Origin: Phoronis australis
Lineage: Eukaryota; Animalia; Phoronida
Length of the DNA: 64,000 nt
NCBI GenBank assembly: GCA_002633005.1
Contig: NMRA01000725.1
Span: 62,001-126,000 of the forward strand
Direction of reading: 5' to 3'
In this document: positions 12,400 through 26,352 of the stretch, piece after piece
How the letters are laid out: every line of letters begins with the position of its first letter
Position numbering within the stretch: the first letter of the stretch is position 1
Notes under the pieces: model-generated
The model's database searches: none
What the model was told of the DNA's origin: nothing
What the model saw: the letters and a program-made list of their open reading frames with translations, nothing else
Made by a program: the position numbers and the translations under genes

Positions 12400-13700
12400 G
12401 GTCTATGCATGGTAGGGAAACTGTGTAACATTTAGACAGTGGTATATACAATGTGTTACATCTTTATCTAATGAGTTCCTTACAAGCAGCATCTGGTAGC
12501 AGAGACCCTAGTGACGTCCACCGACCCATTCTCTCTCTCTCTTGCGCAGCTCCAGTCATCAAGTTTTGGAAGTTGTTATTGTGCAAAGAGGGCTTGCTTC
12601 CAAACATATCCTGCCCGGTTAATAGCCCTGTTCACGTGTTCTCTTCAGGCTGCCTCAGTACGTTAATGGAATTGAATCTATTTGTCGTTCTTTTGCAAAC
12701 ATAATCTTCCGAAAGGTGTTAACCTGGCAACAGTTGTCCTGTCATATAAAATTTATCCAACAAATCGATAGAGAATCTGAAAATCTTCACCAGAAACTGC
12801 GATTGGCTTGCTTGACAGATTGTGTAATGTTGCTGTTGCTTCACAGAACGTCTGCCAAGTGTCCCATGTTTTATTCTTTCCAATGAAACCGAATGACGAT
12901 GCAGCCAGATGTCGCGTGGAAGAAAAGAAGCGACTTTGACTTCATGTGTCCAAGAAGTGATGCAATATCGTGAGCTGGGACAATTTTGTATCTTTTTAAA
13001 ACTCTTCAAGCGGAGTGTCAAAAAGCGAGAAATTGCTTGCTAGCACCACCGCATCAGTGTCCACTGTTCGGATCAGCAATTTTCAGCATCTGCTACTTGA
13101 ACAGAAGAGTGCGTGCACGAACAGTCTGGTTTTGTATTCTTCGTGGTTACACCGAACGATCATGTTGACAGTATTGGGGGCCTCATTGGAAACAAGTCTG
13201 TTCCCTTGAGTGGATACTACAATCTTCCCTACGGTATCAAGCGTCTGGTGGAATTAGTGTTGAGCTTCTCACCTTCACACGACTTCCGGACCCACCATTT
13301 TCGTCGATTTGTGGACTTTCCAATCCACGTCTAATCGCTCAACGTTTTCAAGACTTCTCACGATGTAGGGCAAGAACACACTTTCAACATGTTCACGCAT
13401 GGGTTTGCAATCTTAACGTTGCAACATATTAACAACCACCGACCCGTCAAAGATTTTGCCATCAATACCAACTGATTCGTGACAGACGAAGTTGACATCT
13501 TTTCCAATACAGACGATTAGGTCTGTTTTAACACATTGACTTATCTCAGCTATTTCTGGCAGTGAACGCGGCGATGGCTGGTTCTCGTATTTGAAAAACT
13601 CTTCAAGGCCTCCTTCTCTGGACTGCCAAGAATCGTACATCCTGGAGAGAGGACTGCAGTCGTTTTAACCCCTTCGCCCTAAAGGCTGTCTTTGAGTGAT
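12400..13700 (-). mobile_element. AcademX-type transposon coding remnant (XPG-like region), heavily decayed
   Basis: QSREGGLEEFFKYENQPSPRSL, IFDGSVVVNML, FFHATSGC, LPDAACKELIR; same motif order as element at 44.9-49.9 kb; boundaries approximate. Confidence 0.65.
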
Positions 13701-14802
13701 TTGGTTGGAGTCGCGTTTGTTCTCAGGAATTATGTCCGACACCCGTTCAGATGCTGTTTCAATTCGTTCGTTGACGTAATTGTTTTACTAGGTATTTCCT
13801 ACGGTAGCGGCTAATGCGTGCATGCCACAGGGAAAACACTCTTTTTCGTTCAAACAAAGTCTACTGTAAAAGAAAAACACAACGCTTTACGGTAATATAT
13901 AACACTAAAAGGCTTGAAACAAATAGCCCCAAAATTTTCCCACTTTTTAAAAACGTGAAAGATTCGCCTAAAAATTGGCCTTAAGTGTCTAGACTATAAG
14001 GAGTTTTCTTGTACTGGCATTTCGCTGCAGTTGCGTAAAACAACTCGCTTCTGGTGTTTTGGCTTTGGTAGAACGTGGCAACACCCAAGGAATGTCTCAC
14101 ACCTTCACGCTAATGCACGTTAACGCATTGTTTCAAACGTTTAAGAGACTACAGCAGCGATTTGCACCAAAGAAATGTTCCAATCTGCTTAAGCTGAAAA
14201 AAGTACAGATCTTTTTCTTGAATATCACCTTTCCAAGACGACAAAACTTCAGGTATACGTTTCGCCGGAGTCGAAGTATCGTGCTCAGATTACACCTACA
14301 TTTATGCAGAGCATTGCAAGCGAGATGACATCCTCCGCAAGAAATGCTGTGCTTCGTGTCGAAAGCGGGTGAAGTACTTTGACTTAAAATTACAAAAACC
14401 CGTCTCATTCAGAAAGACTTTTAAAGACCTTTTGAAAATATTTCGGTCTTTAATTACCAATTTTAGGAAGTTTGTCTCAAATTTAAAGGCATGTAATGTA
14501 AGTTTAATTGCTAATGTTCATGGATACTTTAAACCTTTTTTGATAAGTCGATCTGGTTTGTTTCAGTTGGGGTAACCAAGATGCACCCTGCGAATTCGTC
14601 ATCGAAGAAACTAGAAATGTGGCTCCACGTGTTACATGAAGTACTCGTGTACAGTTTACCGCGCGTCATTAAACTTAAAAACGGGGAAATAAATTAAATT
14701 CTTCACCAGACTGGTCGTTTTACATTTTGTCTACTCATCCGTGTAACCAATGACACGCACCCACACTCATCCAACCGCTGGGAGACATATTCAGTAAAAA
14801 CT

Positions 14803-15640
14803 TAGCTAGTTGCACTTCCCAGAACACGACTGGTTGTAACAATTACTAGAAGGCAGTCGAGTCTCCCAAAAATATCCCGTTGCAGCTACGCCAATGTGGA
14901 CTGGTGGTACAGAATTTGACTTCTTTAAACGTCAAGGCTCCGACTTGTCAACGAGAATCATTTGGTCGTTCCAACATCCATATGTGGGCACGAACGATTA
15001 TTTCGACTTTGGAACTCTTCCACTGTTATGAACGTTGCTGTTGGGTATTGAATAACCTATATTTCCAAATGTTTTTTTGGTAATAATCACAAACTGTGAT
15101 TGTTCGTGTAACTTATATGTTGCCAGTAGACTCTCTAATTTCGTACTTACTCAGCGTAATGCATACTTACACTTAATTATAACCTTAAGCATCGATTTCT
15201 TAGAAAAATACCCAATGTTTGGTAAAGATGGCTTGACAATTTCACGTGCTTTTCCTAGTCTAGTATCCGTTTATTTATATCAAGTAGAGACAACACACCA
15301 CGGCAAAGTACTGAGAGTTTTGCTTATCTCAGAGCCTTTATATAATCCTTTCCAAACGGGTATTTTTGAAAAAGCATGACAGTGAGGAAAATGAATCATT
15401 TCTCCATCACAACAAAATCACAGTTTCGAATTTTTGCAATCCAAGAAAATGCCAGCAAATTTCAAAATCAATCATCGGACAAGTGAGTGAACTACATGAA
15501 CCAGTAAAACTGTGAATACATCTGCATTCAAAAGTAAAGCATAAATTCATTATGTTCACTCAAGCATTTCCAATAATGGCGTAGAGTCAAGTGTGTATCA
15601 CTTCTCCTAACGTGTTTATAGGTATGTTAAAGCCCTTTTT
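14803..15640. repeat. Interspersed repeat, diverged relative of 28968-29720 and 30376-30980
   Basis: Shared blocks e.g. CGACTTGTCAACGAGA, CCTAGTCTAGTATCC, AAAATGAATCATTTCTCCATCACAACA. Confidence 0.8.
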
Positions 15641-16900
15641 GAACTGCTGAGGTGCGCATGTGTGAATTAATGGGTGTACTTGTTTGTTTGTTTTTGTACT
15701 TGTTTATCAATGATGATTAATATCTGAAAAGAAAGAAAAGAGGATCCCATATCAGACCAGCAAAATTCCCTACCAAAAAGCCATTTCTCTTTTCTACAAC
15801 AGGTTTCACTCTGGGAGTTAAAAACTCGTCAAAAGGTACATTATTCCTACTGCACAAGGGTTTTCAATACGATATTTGTAGTTTTAAATCTTGGGTAGCT
15901 AGATATTGGTTTTTGACATCATAATATCACCGGGCACTTCTGTAAGTTGAAGGGGTTAAAACCATATGTCCAGGAATTACTACAAAAAGGTTACTTTTGT
16001 GGAAGTAAATCTCATAAAGCAGTTGTGGTGTTGGAGCAAAACTCCACGAAAAGTCTACCGATTCAATGAATTCCCAACCTCGGACCACAAACATTGGTTA
16101 ATTTGGGATCTAACCAATCGGAAAATTTTTGACTTCAATGTCTAGCTATGGATTTCGTTTGATTAAATCTTTAAACCAAAAACCTCCAGCTAAAGACATC
16201 AGTTTCTCCTGTACCAAACGCTGAGTTTCAATTAAATTGTAAAATGTTCAAACAGTGAAATTGAAAAATGACGGGTGAAAACTATAAGAATTATTGTCAC
16301 ACCGTGTGAAAATAATAGACTGCGCGTGCATTTTACTGGAATTAGTATGGTGAGTTATTGACAACAACCCGTTTACCAAGATTAATAAAGAATTGTTTAA
16401 AACTACGAGAAATTACATTTCGATAATTGGTTGACCTTTGCAGTAAATTGACCGTTTCCGGTGCATTTTGAGCCCTGGTGAAGGAATAGGCCTAAGTGTA
16501 AACGCTAAGAATCAGAGATGTCTTACTATAAGCGACTTAGAATACAAGTTGGATAAAAAATTCAACCTTTCAAAAATGCACCTAATGATTCCAGGGTGAG
16601 ATCAAGTGACCTGAAACCTCAGAGTTGGAATTCAGTTACATATTCCAAGCAGATGTGACCTATTATTTCTGACTGGATAGCCCGGTTGCTTAGTAATATA
16701 GTGTATTCGACTGGCACGTACACTTACACCTGTGACCTGAAATTGAAGAGAATTCCTTGCAAAATGTAGGAGAAATAACATTTTATTTTAACATTAGATG
16801 ACATTAGCACTATTTAACCATTTCCGTTGCATTTTAAGCCTCTTGAGTAGAATTACTGCAAAAATGACTTTCTAAAACTGCTCTGAGTTGGTGTCCTGTT

Positions 16901-17208
16901 ACAACTATTATTAAAATTTCTTGGTCTATTTACATCGATCTCTTGTATATTTACATTGTCACGACGTTTTGGTATGGTGGTTAAGGTAATGGACACAAAT
17001 ATATCTGTACTTTCAGAGGTCGCGGGTTCAAATCACTCCTCGGAATATATATAATCAAAAAGATCACACCATGATGAGTATATCTCATAACCGTGCTCGT
17101 TCTCCTAAGAACGCAGGAACACCTGTCGATGGCCGGAGAACAGACCGACCGAATGTAAATAGTTAAGAGGTCGGTGCGAATAGACCAAGAAATTTTAAAA
17201 ACAGTTGT
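16901..17208. mobile_element. MITE-like element with about 45-58-bp TIRs enclosing a tRNA-like A/B-box segment
   Basis: ACAACTATTATTAAAATTTCTTGGTCTATT vs AATAGACCAAGAAATTTTAAAAACAGTTGT; internal TGGTATGGTGGTTAAGG...GGGTTCAAATC. Confidence 0.7.
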
Positions 17209-19876
17209 GCTACAAAAACGTGTTTAATGCTAAGAATCACAGTAGTTTAACGAAATTTTATACAGCGATATCAGTTGCTCTTAATGGAACACTTTTCGCG
17301 AGCTTAGAAGTAGGTACATCTATGTTTGCAAGCAAAATTGTATAAGTTATCGGTTCCAATTGAGGTTTAAAGCTTGGTTCTTTAATTAGATACGCTTCGT
17401 CCTACCGCTATTTGTCTAATTTCAGTTTTAATTTAACAACCCATATGAAGTCATCGACACTCACAAAGTAAATATAAAACACAATTGCAATAACAAGTCT
17501 CCCTACCAAGTTGTTAGCAGACAACCTTGCCATTTGTCATTGTAAATATGTGAGTAAACATAGATCCCCAAGTCAGGTTGTGCAAAACTTCCACCCCACT
17601 TTCAATAGAGGACGTCCCGGCCATCAGGTGCAGTGTTCTGGTAGAAGGCACTGAAAAGGGATTTCAAACTCATATCATTACTAGCAGGCACATCCCGGAC
17701 TAAAGCAAATTAACTCAAATAAGTACTTAAAATTTATCCCCAAAATATATACGCAACAACAGTCAAATGATAGGATACAAAGTCGTTACAGGTTTGTTAA
17801 GGTACACCTCTTCTTGAGCGATGAAGTTTTGATGGTGAGGGTCCTGTTTCCTTTTGAAACTCGAGGTGGATTGTGACATCTTTATCTTATTAGATAGAGT
17901 ATTACGGATAGTTATAGCTGCTAGTAATTTTGAATTCGAGATCAAACATGTGCTATTGTATACATTCAATTGACATGTAGGTGTAAACATTACATGAAGT
18001 GCTAACAATAGTCTGTATTTCGGAGTCAATAATTTTCCATATTATCAGGAAGAGATAACCAGGAAGGGATAACTGTTTTAGCGCATTTTAACGTGTTTTC
18101 AAAAGTGATTTCAAAAGTAAATGTTAAAGTCTTCTAGAATCCAAGCATTGTGTTTGAAAGCTTAACTCTTTAGCTATAAAATAACACCACTTTGGTCCCC
18201 AAAGACTGCATATTAATGGCACTAGGATGCTTTGAACATGACATGCTTTACCCTTCCAAAAGAGGCCTCTTCCCAGGCATGTACTCGGGCATGGTTCTCT
18301 TTTTTGAACCAACAGATGTCACTAATATATGCAAATGAGGCTCGCATCTCCTACGTCATATGACGTCATACGACGTCATACGACGCGAACTTCCAATTTG
18401 AACCCTCAGGTGCCTATAGCATAGCGAACAACTTGAAACGCAGTTCTACCTGATTGGGCAGATCTAAGAAAATAAAGAACTCACAAAGTCAACGTTTAAA
18501 GAACATTGAATGGTTTCACATGAAAATACATTTAATTGTATTTGGATACGCGTGCATGTGTGTAAGCGTGTACTTTGTCATTTTGCTTAAAGTGTAATTT
18601 GCAAGGTCCAAGTATGTTAAATTGCAATAATATCTTCAAGGTATTGCTATTTGGATGTATTTTATTCAAATCATCGTATTATTGTATCTTAAGTTATTTA
18701 AAAAAAGCGAAAATAAGAAAATGCGCGAAAAGTTGCCCTTTGACACCGTGACATGGTGTTGGGGAACACAAACCAGATCATAGCCCACAATGCAGTTCAC
18801 TGCTATTATATCACAGTACACGAAGAACAAAGACCGTTCAACCTTGGCGTGTTTTAGCCACGGTGCATCGGTGTGTGTGTGTGCCAACTATTTTAACGCC
18901 ACCCAGGTGGAAGGCATGAGACCATTTAAATTCTAAAAAGACAAGCATCTGGCTGCGTAATGGCAGGTTTTCGTGTGCTCTGCTCGTCTTTTGAAAATGA
19001 CTGTCGAGTCAGCCAACTGTCGGAGCCGAAATATGCTCCGACCATTTTGAGGACGGCTGCTTTGACGACAAACACGTCATGAAGGTTGAAGCTGGTCTTA
19101 TTAAAAAGGTAAGTTACCTTGAGAATTTTGATGTCTAATAATTCATGACGCTTTCGCAATGCCTGAACAATAACAATCTTTTTTCCGTGAAAGATTTATT
19201 TATAAATGGATCAGTAAAACTAAAAGCCACAACAAATAAAGCTGATCTCAAAAGATGCATGTATTTTGAAAAGAATGCAGACTATGAATAACGTAAAACA
19301 GGATGGTAACTCAATTCCAAGGTTTTGATTATTAAAGTAGTCTGTTTCAAAAAAAACAGGATTAAAATCTAGTTTTGGCATTTGCTTGAAGGTTATAAAA
19401 GAAGGCGAAAACTTGCAATTTTGTTTTACTTTAATCATGGACAACTCTGGATTCAAAATGTTTTTTTACTTTTGAATTGCCGCTGTTGTGCTTTTCAGAG
19501 TATGTAAATGAAAGGAGAACACCTCCCACTTAGTGCGGAACAAAAGAGAAGCTGGAGATCTTGAAATTCGCTTAGAAATTGATGCCCCTCCTATGCCGAC
19601 TGCTGGTGCTCCAGATGTGTCCAAGGAGGATGCCGTGGCACGCATAAATTCAGACTTGGTGCTTTGTCAATGGACAGCACTGGAATTTCTTTTCCGTCAC
19701 ATATTTAACAGTCACTACCAATGTTTGAGATCAAATTTTTGATAGTGGTACAGATAGCAATGCCAGAGTGTTTATAGTACCAGTAGTGGACATTGTGAAA
19801 AGCTTTTGTGTGTGGTATTTGGCTGTCCCATTTCTATAGATAAACCCAGTGATATACTATGTTCTTATATTGAAAC

Positions 19877-20024
19877 TAGTGGCAGATTTAGAGGGGGGCC
19901 ATGCCCCCCCTAAAATTCTCCCAGATTCCATTTGACTGTTTGGGGGTGCGAATGTCTGACGGGCAAAATCCTGGCTAATACCGTGCCCTGGCCCCCCTAA
20001 CTCAAAATCCTGGATTCGCACCTG
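19877..20024. mobile_element. Short hAT-like non-autonomous element
   Basis: TAGTGGCAGATTT...GGATTCGCACCTG termini with G/C-run interior; no clear TSD. Confidence 0.45.
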
Positions 20025-22289
20025 GAAATATTTCAATGGTTCTTCAATACAATGACTATAAATATTGCGGCATAGCTTTTTTAAGTCATGATATTTGATT
20101 TGCACTAAACTGTTGCTGTCCCATACAGTGGGTCGGTAAAGGAAGACTTTCTTAAGTGGGGGTGAAAAGGTACATGTACTTGTTTGGGTGGTCAGTCTTT
20201 TCGTGCGACAATCTCATCTAAATTGTACACAGAATAATCACTTGCACAGAATTCGAACATTGTCTTGGGAATTTTTGAGTGAGTGGTATAAGCACTCCCT
20301 CCAGATTTCCCAATTCCTACTCATGTGCATACTTTTTGTGTTTTCACACCATGTCATAGACATCTAAAGCTATTGCATACTGGAGCTTTTGGGTTGAGAT
20401 TCAGTGGTTGCTGTGTCGTGTTATTTGATTTCTCATTGAATTACAGTAGAACTCGCTAAGTTGTATCCAGTGAGACTGAGATATTTCACCAAAGTTAGAG
20501 TTATTTGGAGGCGTTACTGCGGAATTAATGCTAACCTTTCTAAAGTTCTACTGTATAAGAAGAGGGCAGAAGATTCAGTCTCGACTTCAGACTATGGCCC
20601 AGATTCAAAACTTTTAATTTTTTATGTGACAGCCATACTGTTCAATGTGTTCGCTTCAAGCACACAAACTGGGCTCCAATGAGACAAATTCCTCTGTTTT
20701 CCTAGGTAAACCATAAGTTCAACTGATGTTGAGTTTAGAGGTTTATATAGTAGTCCTAGTTAAATTACACTTGTCGTGACCATGTTATTATAACTAACCA
20801 GATTGATAAGCATCAATAAATGCTGCTCGCTGTGTCAATTATTTACCATTCTGAAACCACAGAAGTCTATTCATGGAATGCCTACTTCAATTTCATGACG
20901 CTGAGGTTGCACTGCGATTGCATTCGTTTATTACGATGTTTGATCTTTCTATGGAATTTGTCACTACAACTTTTTGCAACTCGTTTGAATTACATAAAAC
21001 TAGTCCCCGAGTCACAAGTTTTTATAACAGAATACATAGGTCATGTGGAGGAGTTGGCTTTTATCCAAGGGTCTGTCATAGCCATCAGGATATTGGCTTT
21101 TGTACTGCAACCATGAAGTCTCCAAAACACCACAATTGATGTATACAGGTTTAAACCCCCATGCTCCACAATACATTTTTTCTTCTGTGTTAGTTGCCAC
21201 ACTTCATTTCTTCATCAAGTTTTGCAACAACCTAATCAATCTCTTGGCAACATACTCTTTCTTCAACAACTGAGGTTGTCTGACAGTTGCCCCAGGTGCA
21301 CCTGCAAGATATGTCAACAATAATACATTATTTCAGTAAACATCAAAATTTCGAATTGAAAAATTTACCAAGAGTGCCTCTACCAAATTGAGGGGTCTGC
21401 ATACGACTTCAGTTTTCAGGAAAATTGGTTGGAACATCACAACCTATTCATTTTTTGTACAGATTGATCATAGTAAAGATATTTACTTTTCATACAAATG
21501 AATAGTGCTACACCCAAGGCAGTAGTAGATCATGCCCAGGGGGATATAGTAATGGACATTAGTTGTTTGATTTTTAGCTGACCCTAAGACAAAAGGTAGT
21601 TGCCCTGATTCATTGACGGAGGGGACTGTTTTGTATGTAGTCGTGAGACCTGTTCTCCAAATCTGAATCCTATCGGCACCCACATACCATTAATCAAACT
21701 AGACAATGACAATGGGGCAAACCAACTTGAAAAGCAGTGTTGCCACTCAAAGGGTCGCCCATATTTTAAATATTACAGTATACGTTAAAACTTCTTGATA
21801 TGCTATATGAGCAATCACCAATCCAATGGTATGCTCTCTTTACTCTATAGAAACTTTACCAGGCGGTTCCTACCCAAGTCGACTCGTAACCAAGCCATGT
21901 ACCATATTTCATTTATAAATAATGGCAACATTGGGTCAATGTACATCGACATGAAATGGTTGTTTCCATTTCAAGCATCGCCTTACAAAATAAAACTGTT
22001 ATTGGAACACATGTGTAGATTGATATAGGTCCGAGTTGACTTGAGTACGGAAATGAAATGACTTGTTCTATAACCTACAGAATTATGCCCTCCCCCAGCA
22101 CCAAGGTTAGAAAGTCTAAATTATAAAATTGCAGTTCTTTCATCCTCTTCTTTACAATTCACAGTCGATTATTCCAAAGTGGTTCTCATTCATTCCCTTG
22201 CATACATTTATTCACTCACTAGTAACACCCCGCTCAGTCTCGGGAAGTAAGAGACAATTTTGTTCAATGCTCAATTGCATGCAAATGAA

Positions 22290-22343
22290 ACCCAGGATTC
22301 GAACCTGAGTCTCACGAGCTCAAACCACTGAGCCACACTGCCT
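22290..22343 (-). mobile_element. tRNA-derived SINE head fragment
   Basis: Minus-strand A box TGGCTCAGTGG and B box GGTTCGAATCC, spacing too short for a tRNA. Confidence 0.5.
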
Positions 22344-22599
22344 ACAAATAATCAGAGACCTAACACTTTTTGAGTGATTTGCTATAAAAAAATCCCAGTT
22401 TTATCACTGAAACTGGTATTTATCAACGGCTGAAACACGATTCACCAATGGGGATATGGGCGCCTGGGACTGACTGGTAAAGCACCTACTTTTGAATTAA
22501 AAAAGACCAAGTTATAATTCGCTGTTGTAGGATACATATTGATAATATTCTTATCAATCACTAACATCTAATCGCAACTCCTGCGCACCTTCAGCCTGT

Positions 22600-23058
22600 T
22601 GACGTTCACAGGACGAACCCGCTGGGAGTGAGTCTTCGGCGACCAGAGAAAGGGCCGTGGAAGGGATCGAGGGAGAACGGCTCCACTACAGAAAAGCTGT
22701 GAACACATATTGTTCTTCTGGGATCTGTCACCTCCACCTCAGAATCATCTGAAAAGTCCACCTGTCCGTCCCTGTATCGTTCAAAGTTTTACTCATTTAC
22801 GCTGCTGTACTCACTTGGACACACTTGCTTCCTTTGTGTTCCCCAACACCACGTCACATATGTGTAACGAACGAAAATGGCGCCGTTTCTATTCTCCGTT
22901 ACAACGATGCCGTTACAACACCACGGCACTAAATATGTAAATAACTTTGTATAGCGGCGTACAATTCAGTTAATGTTAAGAATATAGCAATGATAAATAT
23001 AAACTAGAATTTAGACCATATTGTTGTTCAGATTGGTTTGGACCTTGCAATTTCCTCT
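22600..23058 (-). mobile_element. Possible Kolobok-like remnant with degenerate THAP-like sequence
   Basis: Terminus TTAA|AGAGGAAATTGC on minus strand; ICVHSF...RRRLTPSGFV resembles THAP C-terminus. Confidence 0.3.
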
Positions 23059-24162
23059 TTAAATCCAGATTTAGAAGCAGGTGTTAGTCAAGAAATTAGC
23101 TGCTCCCGCCACGGTGGCCGGTGTCGTGGCGTCCGAGTCACCGGGAAGTCTGATCCATGCATGCACAATTCGACGAACTAATGCTAGTGGCTGGTCAGCT
23201 CCGCTATGATTCATGCGCAATTCGGCGAACTAATGGTCAGCTCCGCTATGATTCATTTGAGACGTGCGGCTTAACTCCAACCTATACCCTTGTTCTGGCT
23301 CCAAGGTCGTTTTGTTTGACCCAGTTTCGGGAAAAGTTCAATTTAATACGGTCATTTCCTGAAGATTTTTTTGAAAGATAAGATCCCGAAATCCTTGGCC
23401 TATAGAGCTGTATCAAAATTCCTTGTTGAAACACGGCCACTGGTCCAGCTTCTGCCGGGCGGCTGGGGAAAATGCTATGGAATGCGTGTCCCAAAAATGC
23501 ACACACTTCAACCCCTGCCGGTCAAGTTCTTTTGCCGTCAATCATTGGGCGCGGATTCTACTCGGGCAGCCTACTGCATGACTACACCTTATTTTTAACG
23601 TGGGTGCGTCACTGAGTCACGACGTATCCAGCCTTTGTAGTATGCACGGGAATGTCAAGCAAACGATTCGGTTTAGAAGAACCTAAATTCATTGCAATGG
23701 GAACTACAAGCATCAAGGAAATGCAAAGACAATCTTTCCAAATTTATGAGCAATGACTTGAACTTCTTTTTCGATCCGATCTACGGTTTGTAAATTTTTG
23801 AATTTCTTTAGTCTAGTTTTTAATTCAATACATTCATGAATATCACCGTGACTGTTATCGTTTAGTGTCCTTCTTTGCGTTATGGTGGTCTGATGATGGA
23901 TCGAATTTTTGGAAGTCAGCCTTCAGCCTTGAACTAAGTTCAGTGACGCATCGCCATTTCTTACAAGACAGCTTCTGTGCTGTGCACGAATGTTTTGTGT
24001 TTTTGATGAATTTGGAATCTCAACTTCCCCTCGTGAGTAGTTGGCAGTGTCATGCCGGAGGTGTATAGAGGGTGCAGCACTGAAAAAAGTGGGACCTAAA
24101 ACCCCCTAAGCCCCCCTGTAGTGCACTGCCTATGGACCACTGAAAAACTTGGACTGAATTAA

Positions 24163-24530
24163 AGGAGAATGCCACCCGATTTGATTAGTCTGTTTTTGCC
24201 TTATTAATCGGTCTATATCCACATCGCCTCGCACATGGTCGACCTTACCTTGCCAAGAGGTGTCGCGTTAACTTGTGAGGAAGGTGAGAAACGACGCTAG
24301 CGACGTCAGTGGTTCATCTACAAACTACGTTGCGATGCATCGTTCCCGCTTGTGCGAACTATGCAGCTGCAAGGAAAGCTGGTATATCGTTTTTTCGACT
24401 TCCTCGAGAGTCCGATATGTTTAGAAAGTGGATCGTAGTAGTGAAGAATGAAAAGTACGCTGTAAATAGCAAGTATGAGGCCGTAAAGCATCTCCTTGTC
24501 TGTGGCCTGCAGTCGTCGACAGCCGCGTGA
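24163..24530 (+). mobile_element. THAP zinc-finger remnant in a TTAA-flanked (Kolobok-like) element
   Basis: CIVPACAN...ISFFRLP...RKW...LVCGLQ matches THAP C2CH with His lost; TTAA|AGGAGAA start at 24159-24163; right end not found. Confidence 0.65.
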
Positions 24531-26146
24531 GTGCTTGACGAATGCCAGCTTGCCAAATAACTATCCCTACGTTCCGTTGTCTGAGCTTTTTCACGGCGCC
24601 TCTTTAGTATTTCTTCATCACTGTATTCCTGTTCGAACTGATAGCCTGTGAAACCTAACGATTCACCTGCGAAGTCTTCGTCGGCCGGGGACTGATGAGC
24701 TCTCGTCTAAGTCGCGGGGGATTGCGAGTTGCCATGTTGACGTTTATTACTGAGCGTTCTGTTTCAAAATGAATTACTCTCACCATAACCAATACTTATA
24801 TAAAACTGAAACAAAGTCTGTCTCATTAGATGCAATTTGTAATGCCTTTGGAATGTTCCTCAGTGCAAATGATTTGAGAAGCCAGCAATGAATAAATCAC
24901 TGCGTTACCGGTTTTAGGTGCAATAAAACTAATTCACGGGACACCGAGGCCGTGTGAGCCCATGCTAAATTAGTGTTTGATGGTAGAAACTGTTGTGAAA
25001 CAACTCGATTTCCATCTCACGGCCAGGTGTTAGGGGAATCTTTATTTACATTTACATTATTCAAATAATGATTGTCAATGTACAACTTCTGCCCTGANCA
25101 GAAAGTTCGATGTTGACCTCATTCTAATCTTCTCTGCAATCTACAGTCTGGGGACGAAAACAATTCAATCCGCTCCTCAAAATAGGGCTTGCTTAGCTGG
25201 AATTCAGAACTGCGGTCATGAGAGTGTTTTCACCTCCTGATTGCGAAGCGATCGAGTTAGCTGTGGTATCTTCATCAGCGCGTGCTCTCAGCGGAAGGTC
25301 ACCGCTTTATCCACTCAAGCACTCGACAACAACTAAATTGACGAGAGTCAAAGAACTCTCACATGCAAATTTGATATGCAAATGAGGGAGTACTTGACTA
25401 CTGCGCCATCTATACATCGACGGAAAAGCTTTTAAAAATACCCGTCACTGCGTGTGGGAAGTTGCGATTGCGTGCGCTGAAGTCGATATTTTCAAAGTAC
25501 AATTACACCACTGTTTAAGGTTGCAAAGTGAGTTTTTTGATATCCTTCTATAGAAAAAGCTTTAATCTCTCTGATAAAATCATCTGTTTCCTTTTAAACG
25601 AAACTTAAGTCCTGAAATTAGTCCGGGGAAGGAGGCCAAAAACGGCGGTTTAGCTAGTTGTCCCTTCCTGGTTATCTCTTCCTGATATTATCCATAATGG
25701 CTTTATATTGACCGCTATGGCAACGTCATTTAAATTTCTTTTAGGGAAGCGTAGCGAGATACTGGATCGTGATTCAATCTCTAGTGATATTCATGACTTA
25801 CTACTACACCCCCAGCACGCCACGAAATTGAAAGTCTTTTAAGCCATTCTATGTTATCCGGATTGTGACATTGCGCTTGTATTGAAATAACCTCAAAATA
25901 CAAAGCACTCCGTGAATGCAAACCTCTATTAAGGCACCACAGTTCCCTGTTCACGCAACTGTACAAAAGGTGTGGTTCAAAGGCTAAACTTCACCGAATC
26001 ATGAATCACATCTTAGTTTTTATTTTGAACTTTCTCCTGTTGATATGGCATGAACGAGAATTATAAGTCTGTCACCTGATTTGGCGATACCTTAATGTCT
26101 AATGAATATATGAGTGTTGAACTACTGGTTAATACCGTAGAGATAA

Positions 26147-26352
26147 AGGAACACATCACGAATTTTTGTCCCACCGGTTGAAAATTGGTCGACAACCGGT
26201 CGACGACCAGTCGACGACCAGCCGTCTAGCCCACCAGCAGCCGACCAAGAACGGTCGGCTAGGAGCCGTCTGCTGAGACGCCTCTGCGGTCTGCACTGGT
26301 GTCGGCAAAGTGGTCGCCTAGCATAGACGACCAATTCGGATCATGCGTGTCC
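26147..26352. mobile_element. MITE with internal GTCGAC/CGACC repeats
   Basis: Imperfect TIR AAGGAACACATCACGAATT / AATTCGGATCATGCGTGTCCTT. Confidence 0.45.

Noticed and set aside
23157-23255. Short direct duplication (AATTCG.CGAACTAATG...CAGCTCCGCTATGATTCAT twice)
   Set aside because: Simple local slippage; no supported function
24309-24530. Functional host THAP gene
   Set aside because: Zinc-ligand His replaced, early stop, no clear ATG, TE-like flank
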